This document shows positions 20,499 to 29,499 of a stretch of 64,000 nt of DNA, in pieces; within the stretch, counting starts at the first letter, position 1; each line of letters opens with the position of its first letter. This stretch comes from Candidatus Omnitrophota bacterium (lineage in GTDB: Bacteria; Omnitrophota; Gorgyraeia; Zapsychrales; Zapsychraceae). The DNA is taken from contig JBFWOS010000003.1 in the NCBI GenBank assembly GCA_050250375.1, positions 209,284 through 273,283 of the forward strand. The letters are read 5' to 3'. The position numbers were made by a program, and so were the translations under genes. Below the pieces are notes generated by a model that saw only the letters and a program-made list of their open reading frames with translations, was not told the DNA's origin and did no database searches.

Positions 20499-21659
20499 TT
20501 ATTGTTGCCTGGCCATTTGTACCATTTGGTCAATATTACTTTTTGTAAAAATCTTCTCTCCGGGTTTGGAAACAGCCCTCTGGTTAACAAATTCCAACAC
20601 CGCCGTTGTCCCGGCCTCTAACCCGCCGATATAATTCGGCTCAAGAAAAGGTATTATATCATCTGATTTATCTTTAGCCACTAAAATTGCCCGGTCAGCT
20701 CCGACCGCCTCAAACGCCTCTCTATCATTCCCGGATAAGCGCCCGTCATCACCTATATAGATCAAATCCAGATCAACCCGTTTTTTTCTTGACCCTTTAC
20801 AGTTTAACCCATTCTCTCGGTAATCCAATACCTCTTTAACGCGACCGTCTTGGCTAAAATATATCAAATTCGCCCCGCCATTGGCGGCTATTAGTAGCCG
20901 ATTCATAACCTTTTGAGGGATAAAATTCTGAACCCTGGAAACCGTACGGTCCAGATGGTTTCCTGAAATGATCACATATACGCCCCCTAACTCCAGATAT
21001 TTCAGCAAATGTTTATACGCCCGGCTTGTCCCTAAACCCGGCGCTTTATTCAAACGGGGACTATCAAACGTAGTCCCATCCCCATCGGCTGTAATCAATG
21101 TGCTGGTCTTTGACGAATCGATTCTTGACCCCGGAGTATATTGAATCATAGCAAGCACTTCCGGCCAGTTATAAAAAAAATATTGGATCGGTAAGGCTTT
21201 ATCGACTCCCTTGCGGTTAATTTCAAATGAAGCGTTGCCTGATAATCGAATATAATACTTTTTTTCGTCGTAATCTTTGTGTTCTTGGATTTGCTCTAAA
21301 ACATTATCCCGGAAAACTCCAAAAACACCTCGAACAGCAATCTGGGCCGAACCACGGACCCCTTTTACTTTTCGGACTTCAATACGGACCGGATGCCCCA
21401 CCGCTTCTGAAACATTCTTCCCATATTTAACTAGGTTATTATCACTATAAGTATCCGGACTTAATTCAAATTGCCTGGCTTTGTCAATGATCGAAGGCTC
21501 AACTTTATATAAATTAATAAGTGGATTGTTCCCTTTGGAAAAATAAGACGGCTTATTTGGATCATTCAGAAATGTTAAGAATTCCCTCACATGCTGACCG
21601 CAAAGACGAACCAACGCTTTGGTGTCTGTTTCACTGATAAATGTTGAGTTTTTTGTCAA
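20499..21659 (-). CDS. HAD-IIB/PMM-like phosphatase with rearranged motif order
   Basis: SFEINRKGVDK (motif III, K154), ADGDGT (motif I, D192/D194), IISGN (motif II), ANGGA, YIGDD..SGND (motif IV). Confidence 0.7.
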   Translation of the reverse strand: MTKNSTFISETDTKALVRLCGQHVREFLTFLNDPNKPSYFSKGNNPLINLYKVEPSIIDKARQFELSPDTYSDNNLVKYGKNVSEAVGHPVRIEVRKVKGVRGSAQIAVRGVFGVFRDNVLEQIQEHKDYDEKKYYIRLSGNASFEINRKGVDKALPIQYFFYNWPEVLAMIQYTPGSRIDSSKTSTLITADGDGTTFDSPRLNKAPGLGTSRAYKHLLKYLELGGVYVIISGNHLDRTVSRVQNFIPQKVMNRLLIAANGGANLIYFSQDGRVKEVLDYRENGLNCKGSRKKRVDLDLIYIGDDGRLSGNDREAFEAVGADRAILVAKDKSDDIIPFLEPNYIGGLEAGTTAVLEFVNQRAVSKPGEKIFTKSNIDQMVQMARQQ

Positions 21660-21801
21660 TTTAAGAATCTCAAATTATATTCAAAAAGTTATTTTTTGAT
21701 AGTGATAGTAACAGTTCGGAAAGACTATGTCAATATTTATTATAACCTCTTAACCAATTGATATAATTATATTTATGAATATTTTTAAGATAATTTAGTC
21801 A

Positions 21802-21830
21802 TAGACATTTCTTTTAAAATGGCTATAATA
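21802..21830 (+). promoter_or_regulatory. sigma70-type promoter of moxR operon
   Basis: TAGACA-N17-TATAAT in an AT-rich divergent intergenic region. Confidence 0.55.
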
Positions 21831-21907
21831 AAACCAGTCAAGATTACAAAAACACAAAAAATCTTTGACCAAACTTTTAAATTCTACAGAAAAATACGTA
21901 ATTTAAT

Positions 21908-22855
21908 ATGAGCCTTTCGATTCAGCAAGCCAGCCAACTCATGAAATCGGCCAATGATAATCTATCATTGGTGATCCACGGCAAAGAAAATAAAATTGAA
22001 TTAGTCATTCTGGCACTTATCGCTTCTGGTCACATCCTGATAGAAGATATCCCCGGCATCGGGAAAACCACCTTGGCCCGTGTGCTTGCAAAAACGATTG
22101 ACGGCTCATTTCACCGCATCCAGTTTACTCCTGATTTACTTCCTACAGATATAACCGGCATCAATATCTTTAACCAATCGGATAATAGTTTTTCGTTTAA
22201 ACCCGGCCCTCTTTTTGCCAATATTGTCCTGGCCGATGAAATCAACCGGGCATCACCGAGAACTCAATCCGCCCTGCTGGAAGCAATGAGCGAACAGCAA
22301 GTGACGATTGACGGGACAAGCCATTCCCTGCCTAGTCCATTCATCGTTCTGGCCACTCAAAATCCGGTCGAATACCACGGCACTTACCCGTTGCCCGAGG
22401 CACAACTGGATCGTTTCATGCTGCAGATTGATTTAGGCTACCCTCCTAAAGAAAAAGAGCAAAGGTTAATTATTAACCGGACAACGACTGACCCGGTTGA
22501 AGATATTTCCCCGGTTCTTAATCTTAACGACCTGACCCAACTTCGGACCATCGTCGACCAAGTCTCCATTGAAGAATCTGTTAGCGCTTACATATTGGAT
22601 CTCATTGAAGAAACCCGTCATCATCCCCAAATTAGACTGGGAGTTTCAACCCGGGGCACATTGTTATACGCCCGGATGGTCCGTGCCCGGGCCATTTATT
22701 ATGAACGTGATTTCGTTTTGCCCGAAGATGTAAAAATGCTGGCGGTCCACGTTTTAGCCCACCGGATCTTACTGGACACCAAGGCGCAATACAGCGGTAT
22801 TTCCCGGGAAAAGATTATCACAGACATCGTTTCCTCGGTTAAGGTGCCAAGATAG
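21908..22855 (+). CDS. moxR: MoxR family AAA+ ATPase
   Basis: EDIPGIGKT, RIQFTPDLLPTD, DEINRASPRTQSALLEAM, ATQNPVE, PLPEAQLDRF. Confidence 0.95.
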   Translation: MSLSIQQASQLMKSANDNLSLVIHGKENKIELVILALIASGHILIEDIPGIGKTTLARVLAKTIDGSFHRIQFTPDLLPTDITGINIFNQSDNSFSFKPGPLFANIVLADEINRASPRTQSALLEAMSEQQVTIDGTSHSLPSPFIVLATQNPVEYHGTYPLPEAQLDRFMLQIDLGYPPKEKEQRLIINRTTTDPVEDISPVLNLNDLTQLRTIVDQVSIEESVSAYILDLIEETRHHPQIRLGVSTRGTLLYARMVRARAIYYERDFVLPEDVKMLAVHVLAHRILLDTKAQYSGISREKIITDIVSSVKVPR

Positions 22856-24099
22856 TGCCGAAATTACGCTGGTCGTTCTTTTTACCGGCCCGTGATCATT
22901 CTTTTATCAAAATATTTACATTATTAAGTTACTCATGGCTGACTCCTTACGGCATGATCCTGACCACGACCCTCTTTATCAGCATCGGGATTGCTTCTCC
23001 GGGATTACATATTTCGGCGTATCTCTTCACGAGTATTCTTCTGGCCTTCATGCTTTCCGCCATCTTATTTTCCGTATTTTTTATACCTGAAGTTACGGTC
23101 TCTCGGAAATTATTATCAATCCCCCATACAGGTGATTATTTAATTTATGAAGCCATCATCAAAAATATTTCCGGAAAACCATTAAAAGGACTGTCCGTCA
23201 CCGAAGGTTATCTTCCCTACGGGCTTTATTATTCGTTTGACCATCCGAAATTTAATAATTATGTTTCGTATCTCGAACCCGGGAAATCAGCAACGGTCAC
23301 GCTTGTTATGTATTGCGCCCAACGCGGAATCTATACACTTCCCCGTCTATTAATCGGAAGTTCTTACCCTTCCAACATCATCCGCTGGCCAATTAAATGC
23401 GGGATCAAAGAGCCTCTGGTCGTCTTTCCATTTTATATTTCACAAACACAATTTGATATTCCCCTCAACAGCATCTACCAGCCGGGCGGGATCACGATCA
23501 CCTCGACACTGGGTGAATCAAATGAATTTCTCAGCACACGCGAATACCGGCATGGCGACCGGCTCAAAGACATTCACTGGCCCAGTTATGCCCGCACAGG
23601 AAAACTGATTGTCAAAGAATACATTAACGAATATTACACGCGGACAGCCATTTTTATCGACACTCAGTTTGCCCCCAAAGATAAACCAATCAATCTGGAA
23701 CAACGGATCTCTTATGCGGCTGGTATTGCCGATGCGTTGTCAAACCGAGGGTATCTGATAGACCTTTTGATGGCCGGGGAGAACCTTTATGAATTCAAAA
23801 AAGGCAATCCCGCGACTTATCTCGATCAAATATTAAATATCTTATCTTCTCTGGAAGGACTTAAAACAACCGACTTTAAAACGGTCGAAGCAAAATTAAT
23901 GAACCAGGCATCTACCCTGTCTTCGTTGGTCATGATCCTTCGTGACTGGGATGAACCCCGGGCCAGGCTGTGCCGCACACTCAAAAGAATAGGACTCAAT
24001 TTGCGTATTATTATTGCCCGGGATGCCCCGTTAAGAGAAATTCCAGATCTAGACGTAACACTTGTTCCAACCAATGATAAAAAACATTTAATCCCATGA
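22855..24099 (+). CDS. DUF58 domain membrane protein
   Basis: EFLSTREYRHGDRLKDIHWPSYARTGKLIVKEY; two N-terminal TMs; follows moxR. Confidence 0.9.
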   Translation: MPKLRWSFFLPARDHSFIKIFTLLSYSWLTPYGMILTTTLFISIGIASPGLHISAYLFTSILLAFMLSAILFSVFFIPEVTVSRKLLSIPHTGDYLIYEAIIKNISGKPLKGLSVTEGYLPYGLYYSFDHPKFNNYVSYLEPGKSATVTLVMYCAQRGIYTLPRLLIGSSYPSNIIRWPIKCGIKEPLVVFPFYISQTQFDIPLNSIYQPGGITITSTLGESNEFLSTREYRHGDRLKDIHWPSYARTGKLIVKEYINEYYTRTAIFIDTQFAPKDKPINLEQRISYAAGIADALSNRGYLIDLLMAGENLYEFKKGNPATYLDQILNILSSLEGLKTTDFKTVEAKLMNQASTLSSLVMILRDWDEPRARLCRTLKRIGLNLRIIIARDAPLREIPDLDVTLVPTNDKKHLIP

Positions 24100-26099
24100 T
24101 GACAAGCCAAATAAAATCAACTAAAGAATTAATCGGCCTGTATTTCACCCTTTTGTCTTCATGGACCGTCTATGCAACCTGCCAGGGGGATACCATCCTT
24201 CCTGTGATCGGCTTCCTGTTAATTTCAGTATCCCTCCTTAAGAAAATGCTGAAATCGGAAAACAAAAAAAAAGAAAACCTGAAGAAAATATCGTGGGCCA
24301 CCATCTTGAGTTTATCCCTTCTTTTAAGTTGGGCCTGGATCACCCTTTATCCCCGGAATTACCCGTCGGATTTTATCCAGTCCTACGCAATATTTATTCT
24401 CCAAACAGGCTCAATTTTCTTATCGATTTTTTTATGGTTTAACTCATTCTACATCTATCAGGCCTTCTTCTTAAGACTGCTGGCCTGGCTGACCGTTGCA
24501 TTATCGGTAAATATTTCCTTTTCGCCTGTTTCATTAGCGGCTTTCTGTTGCTTTTGTTTGCTGAATATCGGATTCATCGTTCTACAACAAAACCATCATA
24601 AAAAAGAAACCCACCCAAAACCAGACCGCTTTCCTGCCTTCAAACATTTTTTTATCATTTGTACTTTTAGCCTGATTACCATCTGTCTATTCAGCTTTTT
24701 TGTTACGGTTTTCAAAGTCGGTGATGCCGTCTATACACGATTTATCCGGGATTATACGATAATGCCGAGCCGTCATCCCTTCTTCAGTTTTAACCCTGTA
24801 TTGGATATCAAAGGGCCGGGATATAGCGGAGGAGATGTTCGCCCTGTCCTTGAAATCGAAAAAGAAAATTCACAGCCGATATATCTCATAACACAAATTT
24901 TTGATCAGTATCAGGATGGTCGTTGGTTGGTTGCCGATACCGGATTACGCAATCCCATCACCGATCAGATTGATCCCCCCAAAAACAGCTTAAAACTCAA
25001 GATGCTTATTCAACTCAAGGATGTCATACCGGCCCCCCAAGGGACAGACGCGGTGGCCGGTTATAATGGCCCCTATGAACATGACTCCAACGGCATCATA
25101 TACAGCGTCCATAAAGATATTCACCAGGTCGAACTAACGACAAACTCCCTCGTAAATTTCCAAGAAAATAAACCGATTGATTGGGTCCAACTCACCCGGC
25201 TGGATCAGACTTTTAAATCCAGGCTCAAACCGTTCTTGGATAAAATTTCTGACAACAGCGCCGATCCTTGGGTCATTAGTCAAAAATTGCAGAATCATTT
25301 CCAATCAAATTACAACTATTCGTTAAATGTCAACTTCCGGGCCGATGATGACGGTATCATTTATCTGCTGGACCATCAGCCTGCGGCGTATTGTTCCTTT
25401 TTTGCTTCAACGATGTCTGTCTTGCTTCGTTCGGCGGATATCCCCTCCCGGCTGGTTGTCGGATTTCTTGCGACGGAAACGACCGGCAGGAAAAATGACA
25501 GGTTCTTGGTGCGGGTGCGTGACGCCCACGCCTGGGTTGAAGCTTATTTACCGGTTGAAGGAAAACCCGAACGAAGGCAGTGGGTCAGGTTTGATCCAAC
25601 GCCGCATGACGCACGGCTTTTTACACTCAACAATGGCCGGCCCATCAATATCATCGCCGACTATATATGGCTTTCCATGGTTCGTCTTCGGTCAGACTTT
25701 GAAAATCTGGAAAGCGAGAAACTCCTCTTCCGGTTAGTGATGATCTTAATTTTACTAATAGGCATTCGAAATTTCTCAACAATCGCATCTTTTATAAGGT
25801 CTCTAAAAAATCCCGGACAAATAAAATATAAATTAAAAAAGAAAAACACCTTATCGGAACACCTGCACACCTACAGAGAGTTTGAACGCTTTATAAAACA
25901 GCGGTTCAAAACACAACAGAGATTTAATGAAACCTTAACAGAATTAATCCTACGTCTTTATAAAAATTTCCCGGATAAAAAAGAATACATAAAAAAAATC
26001 GAGCAATTCATTAAACGATATCAGGATTCCCGGTTTGGAAAAAACGAAGAACCATTTCTTAGGCATCAAATGGCGGAATTAAAAAAGTCTTGTTTGTGA
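24096..26099 (+). CDS. Transglutaminase-like (TgpA-type) membrane protein
   Basis: Multiple N-terminal TMs; triad motifs AYCSFFAS, DAHAWVEAY, WVRFDPTP. Confidence 0.9.
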   Translation: MMTSQIKSTKELIGLYFTLLSSWTVYATCQGDTILPVIGFLLISVSLLKKMLKSENKKKENLKKISWATILSLSLLLSWAWITLYPRNYPSDFIQSYAIFILQTGSIFLSIFLWFNSFYIYQAFFLRLLAWLTVALSVNISFSPVSLAAFCCFCLLNIGFIVLQQNHHKKETHPKPDRFPAFKHFFIICTFSLITICLFSFFVTVFKVGDAVYTRFIRDYTIMPSRHPFFSFNPVLDIKGPGYSGGDVRPVLEIEKENSQPIYLITQIFDQYQDGRWLVADTGLRNPITDQIDPPKNSLKLKMLIQLKDVIPAPQGTDAVAGYNGPYEHDSNGIIYSVHKDIHQVELTTNSLVNFQENKPIDWVQLTRLDQTFKSRLKPFLDKISDNSADPWVISQKLQNHFQSNYNYSLNVNFRADDDGIIYLLDHQPAAYCSFFASTMSVLLRSADIPSRLVVGFLATETTGRKNDRFLVRVRDAHAWVEAYLPVEGKPERRQWVRFDPTPHDARLFTLNNGRPINIIADYIWLSMVRLRSDFENLESEKLLFRLVMILILLIGIRNFSTIASFIRSLKNPGQIKYKLKKKNTLSEHLHTYREFERFIKQRFKTQQRFNETLTELILRLYKNFPDKKEYIKKIEQFIKRYQDSRFGKNEEPFLRHQMAELKKSCL

Positions 26100-26131
26100 T
26101 ATATATGTCTACCGGATTACAGGCAGGATGA

Positions 26132-26560
26132 TTAAAGAAATTCCAAATGTATTTCGATCAAACCCTTCTTAGGCGAGGCAATCTGGGAGAATGCCGCTTC
26201 TGTGAGGTCAATGATCCGGCCTTGTTGTACAAATCGCCGGTGAGGCCCCCGGTCGTTAACCCGGACGACAACCGACTTGCCATTCGCCTTATTCGTCACT
26301 TTGATGTGCTGATTGAACGCTACGCCCCACATGGCGCACGTCATGGCCTGATCGTCAAAGATTTCGTTATTGGCGGTATGTTTCCGGATACCCGGAGACC
26401 TACTGGAATACCAGGAGGCGACTCCATTAAATACATACCGTTTAGGAATGATGGATGCCTGATAAACCGTCGATAAGCTGGCATCCAGGCGTGACTGCAG
26501 AAAAAAACCGATGATGCTGACGATAAAACCTATGAATAAATATGGACGAACGTATCGCAT
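26132..26560 (-). CDS. rlpA: RlpA family lytic transglycosylase
   Basis: GVASWY, TANNEIFD, VRVNDRGP, RIIDLTEAAF; start set at the RBS-preceded ATG 26560. Confidence 0.88.
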   Translation of the reverse strand: MRYVRPYLFIGFIVSIIGFFLQSRLDASLSTVYQASIIPKRYVFNGVASWYSSRSPGIRKHTANNEIFDDQAMTCAMWGVAFNQHIKVTNKANGKSVVVRVNDRGPHRRFVQQGRIIDLTEAAFSQIASPKKGLIEIHLEFL

Positions 26561-26726
26561 CCTTGCCTCTCCCTTTGATTGCCACAATATATCACAGGGA
26601 TAAACACTACAACAAGGAAGTTCTGCGTATCACCACAGTTATAAGATCATAAATTTCAAGTTGTTATAATTTTCTGAAAAATTTTTCCATTTTTCACGAT
26701 AATTCTGATCTTTAATTTAGAGATCA

Positions 26727-27380
26727 TTACTTTTTCTTCGAATCCTCATCAACCAACTTTACCAATGTCCTGGCCCAGGCCTTTATAACAGATCGTGTAT
26801 GCCCCCATTTAGACAGCCCTTTAATGTATTTTGCGCGATTACCTTTCTTTGCGTCCAGGACCGACAGGATGCTTTCTCCGGTAACCGAGTCAACAAATTC
26901 AGCTTCAAAATCCGCGCCGCCTAATCCCGGGCCCAGCAACGTTGTTGACCAATGAAGGTTTAAATAAATTTTGTTCGGTTTAACATCCGTGATTGCCGTA
27001 CGTAAAACCAAAGTGTCTTTTCCCGCCTGGTCAACAACCTGATACTTCTCTGAGAAAATCTCCTTCAAATGAGATTCATAATATTCGACCAACTGCCTGA
27101 GTTCTTCTTCCTTTATATCATCGCCATGTGCGTCCACATGGAAATGAATCTCAACCGGATCAATCTTAAATTTTGAGTAATCCGTAATCTTCTTATCGGG
27201 GTTCTTGCTGACATAAATCCCTTTAAAAAAATCGACCTCTTCAATATTAGAATAATCGTCCAGAAAACCGGATGGCGTGGGCTTGCTGGCGCACCCGGCC
27301 AACAAGACCAACACAGATAATAAAAACAATTCACGACTTGCCCGATAAATAGATCGAATCATATAACAATCCTTTTTCAA
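26727..27380 (-). CDS. DUF3313 family lipoprotein
   Basis: Lipobox LLAGC, SGFLDDYS, LRTAITD, EAEFVDSVTGE. Confidence 0.8.
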   Translation of the reverse strand: MKKDCYMIRSIYRASRELFLLSVLVLLAGCASKPTPSGFLDDYSNIEEVDFFKGIYVSKNPDKKITDYSKFKIDPVEIHFHVDAHGDDIKEEELRQLVEYYESHLKEIFSEKYQVVDQAGKDTLVLRTAITDVKPNKIYLNLHWSTTLLGPGLGGADFEAEFVDSVTGESILSVLDAKKGNRAKYIKGLSKWGHTRSVIKAWARTLVKLVDEDSKKK

Positions 27381-27412
27381 ATATATTTAAATTAATTGGG
27401 GGGAGTTTATAG

Positions 27413-28915
27413 TCAGGCAAGCCCTGTTTCCATCAAGGTTTTTTCTTTGGTTTCCAACACTTTCTTTAAGTCATCAATCGTAAACCGGCCGCTGACTTTC
27501 TGAACCTGTTCCTGGATAAATTTTAATAAATGTTCATCATCAATAACCATTTCACCTGAAGGTTGAACAGACTTGTTACGAAACTGCCCTTCGTATTCCA
27601 GAATTAACGTAATATCACTGCTTGTAAATTTACGCTTAATCTCCTCAGGCAAATGCTGAAAAGTAACTGATGAAATAACCTGGATGTCCTGCTCGTCATG
27701 TTCATCACCGCGGGACTTTTTGGACCTGGACCGTTGAGTAAGCAAAACGAGCAATAATACGATGCATAAACCCATCGCCAAGAAATCCCTATAGGTTAGG
27801 GCTAATACAAACTCCATAAAAGTCAGGTCTTTTATTTTGGGCTGTGGTATCGCAGCAATCTTCTTTCGCAATTCTTCTTCAGACAGGGCTTTAATTTCCT
27901 TAGCAGGCTTAGGTTCCGTGGTGATTTCCGGCTGATGTTCTTTTAAAACGGCTAAATCTTCCTGATCGTTCAGGTCTGCGGAAGGCTCCGGGATTTCCAT
28001 TTTCTCAATCAAACCATTGGTACCTTCGATGACTTTAAAATCATTTTTATTAGTTGATACCTCCACACGCCGTTGAACAGCTTCATGCATTAAAGAATCA
28101 ATCTGACTTTGAGGAATTTCGCGGTTAAATGTTGTGACTTTACTTCTCTCGAGTTGTCTGTTTCTCTGGGTAGCGGCAGATAGTTCATATTCTTGCTGCA
28201 CCGATTTCCCTTCTTTGATCACGCCCTCTAAAATATTAATCTCTTTCATCGCGTCCTCAATCAACGCCCTGGCCTTGAGTTGAGCCGCCAGTTTAACCTG
28301 ATTAGGAGCTTCTTCAACGGTTCCGATCATGGCCTGCTCAATTAAGGCGGTCGCCTTTTCCTGGGCGGCTTTTTTCACATCATCCGGCACGCCATTCGCC
28401 GATCCAACGGCTGTTGTCCGTACCGTTTCTTCCAATAAACTATTGGCGATCTGCCGGGCAGCGTCTTTGACATTTTCAGGAGTTTCATTCAGAGAGGACA
28501 TGGCCTGGGTCAATAAATCAGTGGCCTTTCGTTCCGCAATATTTTTAACATTTTCAGGGGCTTCATCAATTGAGGGGATAACAACATTGCGCATGGCCTG
28601 CTCAAGCAAAGACACGGCCATTTGTTTAGCCGCCTGCTGAATATGTGGCGGAACGTCTTCCAGGCTGGTCGATACGTAATTCAGGACTTCCTTTGTCGGG
28701 ACATAACTCTCGCCGTCCTCAACGATTTTTACAACGTTTTCAACGAGAAATTCCCGGTCCGGGTCACCCAGAAACCTTGTTTCCAGCCGGATATAAATCG
28801 GAGTCCGATGAACTATCTTGCCGGTTATTACACGTCCGGATTTTAAATAAATCGTTTCAGCCGAAGCGCTGGAACCGGCCAAGACCATCATAATTATAAA
28901 TACTATCTTCTTCAC
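27413..28915 (-). CDS. Hypothetical exported single-pass membrane protein with internal helical repeats
   Basis: Signal peptide, ETIYLKSGRVITGKI beta module, five repeats, TM near aa 378-393. Confidence 0.75.
   Translation of the reverse strand: MKKIVFIIMMVLAGSSASAETIYLKSGRVITGKIVHRTPIYIRLETRFLGDPDREFLVENVVKIVEDGESYVPTKEVLNYVSTSLEDVPPHIQQAAKQMAVSLLEQAMRNVVIPSIDEAPENVKNIAERKATDLLTQAMSSLNETPENVKDAARQIANSLLEETVRTTAVGSANGVPDDVKKAAQEKATALIEQAMIGTVEEAPNQVKLAAQLKARALIEDAMKEINILEGVIKEGKSVQQEYELSAATQRNRQLERSKVTTFNREIPQSQIDSLMHEAVQRRVEVSTNKNDFKVIEGTNGLIEKMEIPEPSADLNDQEDLAVLKEHQPEITTEPKPAKEIKALSEEELRKKIAAIPQPKIKDLTFMEFVLALTYRDFLAMGLCIVLLLVLLTQRSRSKKSRGDEHDEQDIQVISSVTFQHLPEEIKRKFTSSDITLILEYEGQFRNKSVQPSGEMVIDDEHLLKFIQEQVQKVSGRFTIDDLKKVLETKEKTLMETGLA
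28247..28666 (-). repeat. Five tandem protein repeats, consensus E-x-P-x-x-V-K-x-A-A-x-x-x-A-x-x-L-L/I-E-Q-A-M
   Basis: Prolines at aa 89, 120, 146, 177 and 204 (spacing 31/26/31/27). Confidence 0.8.
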
Positions 28916-29352
28916 TAATATCCGCTCCCGCTGGATTTCTTTATTTCTTTTTGATCACTTGCGTTAGAAGGCACCGGTTGTTCAGCCGTTGTTTTTTTAT
29001 CTTCCTTTTTAGGCACTTGCAGCGTCGACTCACTGGAACCGCCCTCTTTACTAAAGGCCTTGACCTTGATGAAATCGCCTTCTTTCGCCGGTACTGATAC
29101 GTTGTCAGAAAACATCAGTGTATTCAATTGGATAGTGTAGTGTTTAACAACAGGTTCTTGGCCATTGACTGAAATTTCAAGCTTTCGGATATAATCTTCC
29201 CTCGGATCATGCGTTGTATGCCGCATTTTGACCAAAAATATTTGTTTCTCCAAATCATATGATAATTCCAAATCACTCGGAGGGTGGGAATAACCTGCGT
29301 TTGGGACCAAGATCACCCAGGCGATAAACAAAATGGAATAAATTTTTTTCAT
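28915..29352 (-). CDS. Secreted hypothetical protein (possible desulfoferrodoxin/SoxZ-like beta-sandwich)
   Basis: Signal peptide then HPPSDLELSY...MRH...DYIRKLEISVNG...GDFIKVKAFS. Confidence 0.6.
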   Translation of the reverse strand: MKKIYSILFIAWVILVPNAGYSHPPSDLELSYDLEKQIFLVKMRHTTHDPREDYIRKLEISVNGQEPVVKHYTIQLNTLMFSDNVSVPAKEGDFIKVKAFSKEGGSSESTLQVPKKEDKKTTAEQPVPSNASDQKEIKKSSGSGY

Positions 29353-29499
29353 AACTATCTCCTGTACAAATATTTACCCTGTCAGTCAAACGGCTGCAGG
29401 GCCGATCATAAAAACATTATAAATATAATTATTAGTAAAACCCAGTTGTTTTTAAAAAAATTACATGCCCTGATGAGTTAAGAATGGATAAAGAAACTG

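Noticed and set aside
21908-26099. MoxR-DUF58-transglutaminase as a novel system
   Set aside because: This is a widespread, already described gene trio with no unusual feature here.
29376-29402. Hairpin CCCUG-CAG..CUG-A-CAGGG in the 5' UTR of the 145-aa gene
   Set aside because: A single hairpin with no U-tract and no recognisable riboswitch consensus.
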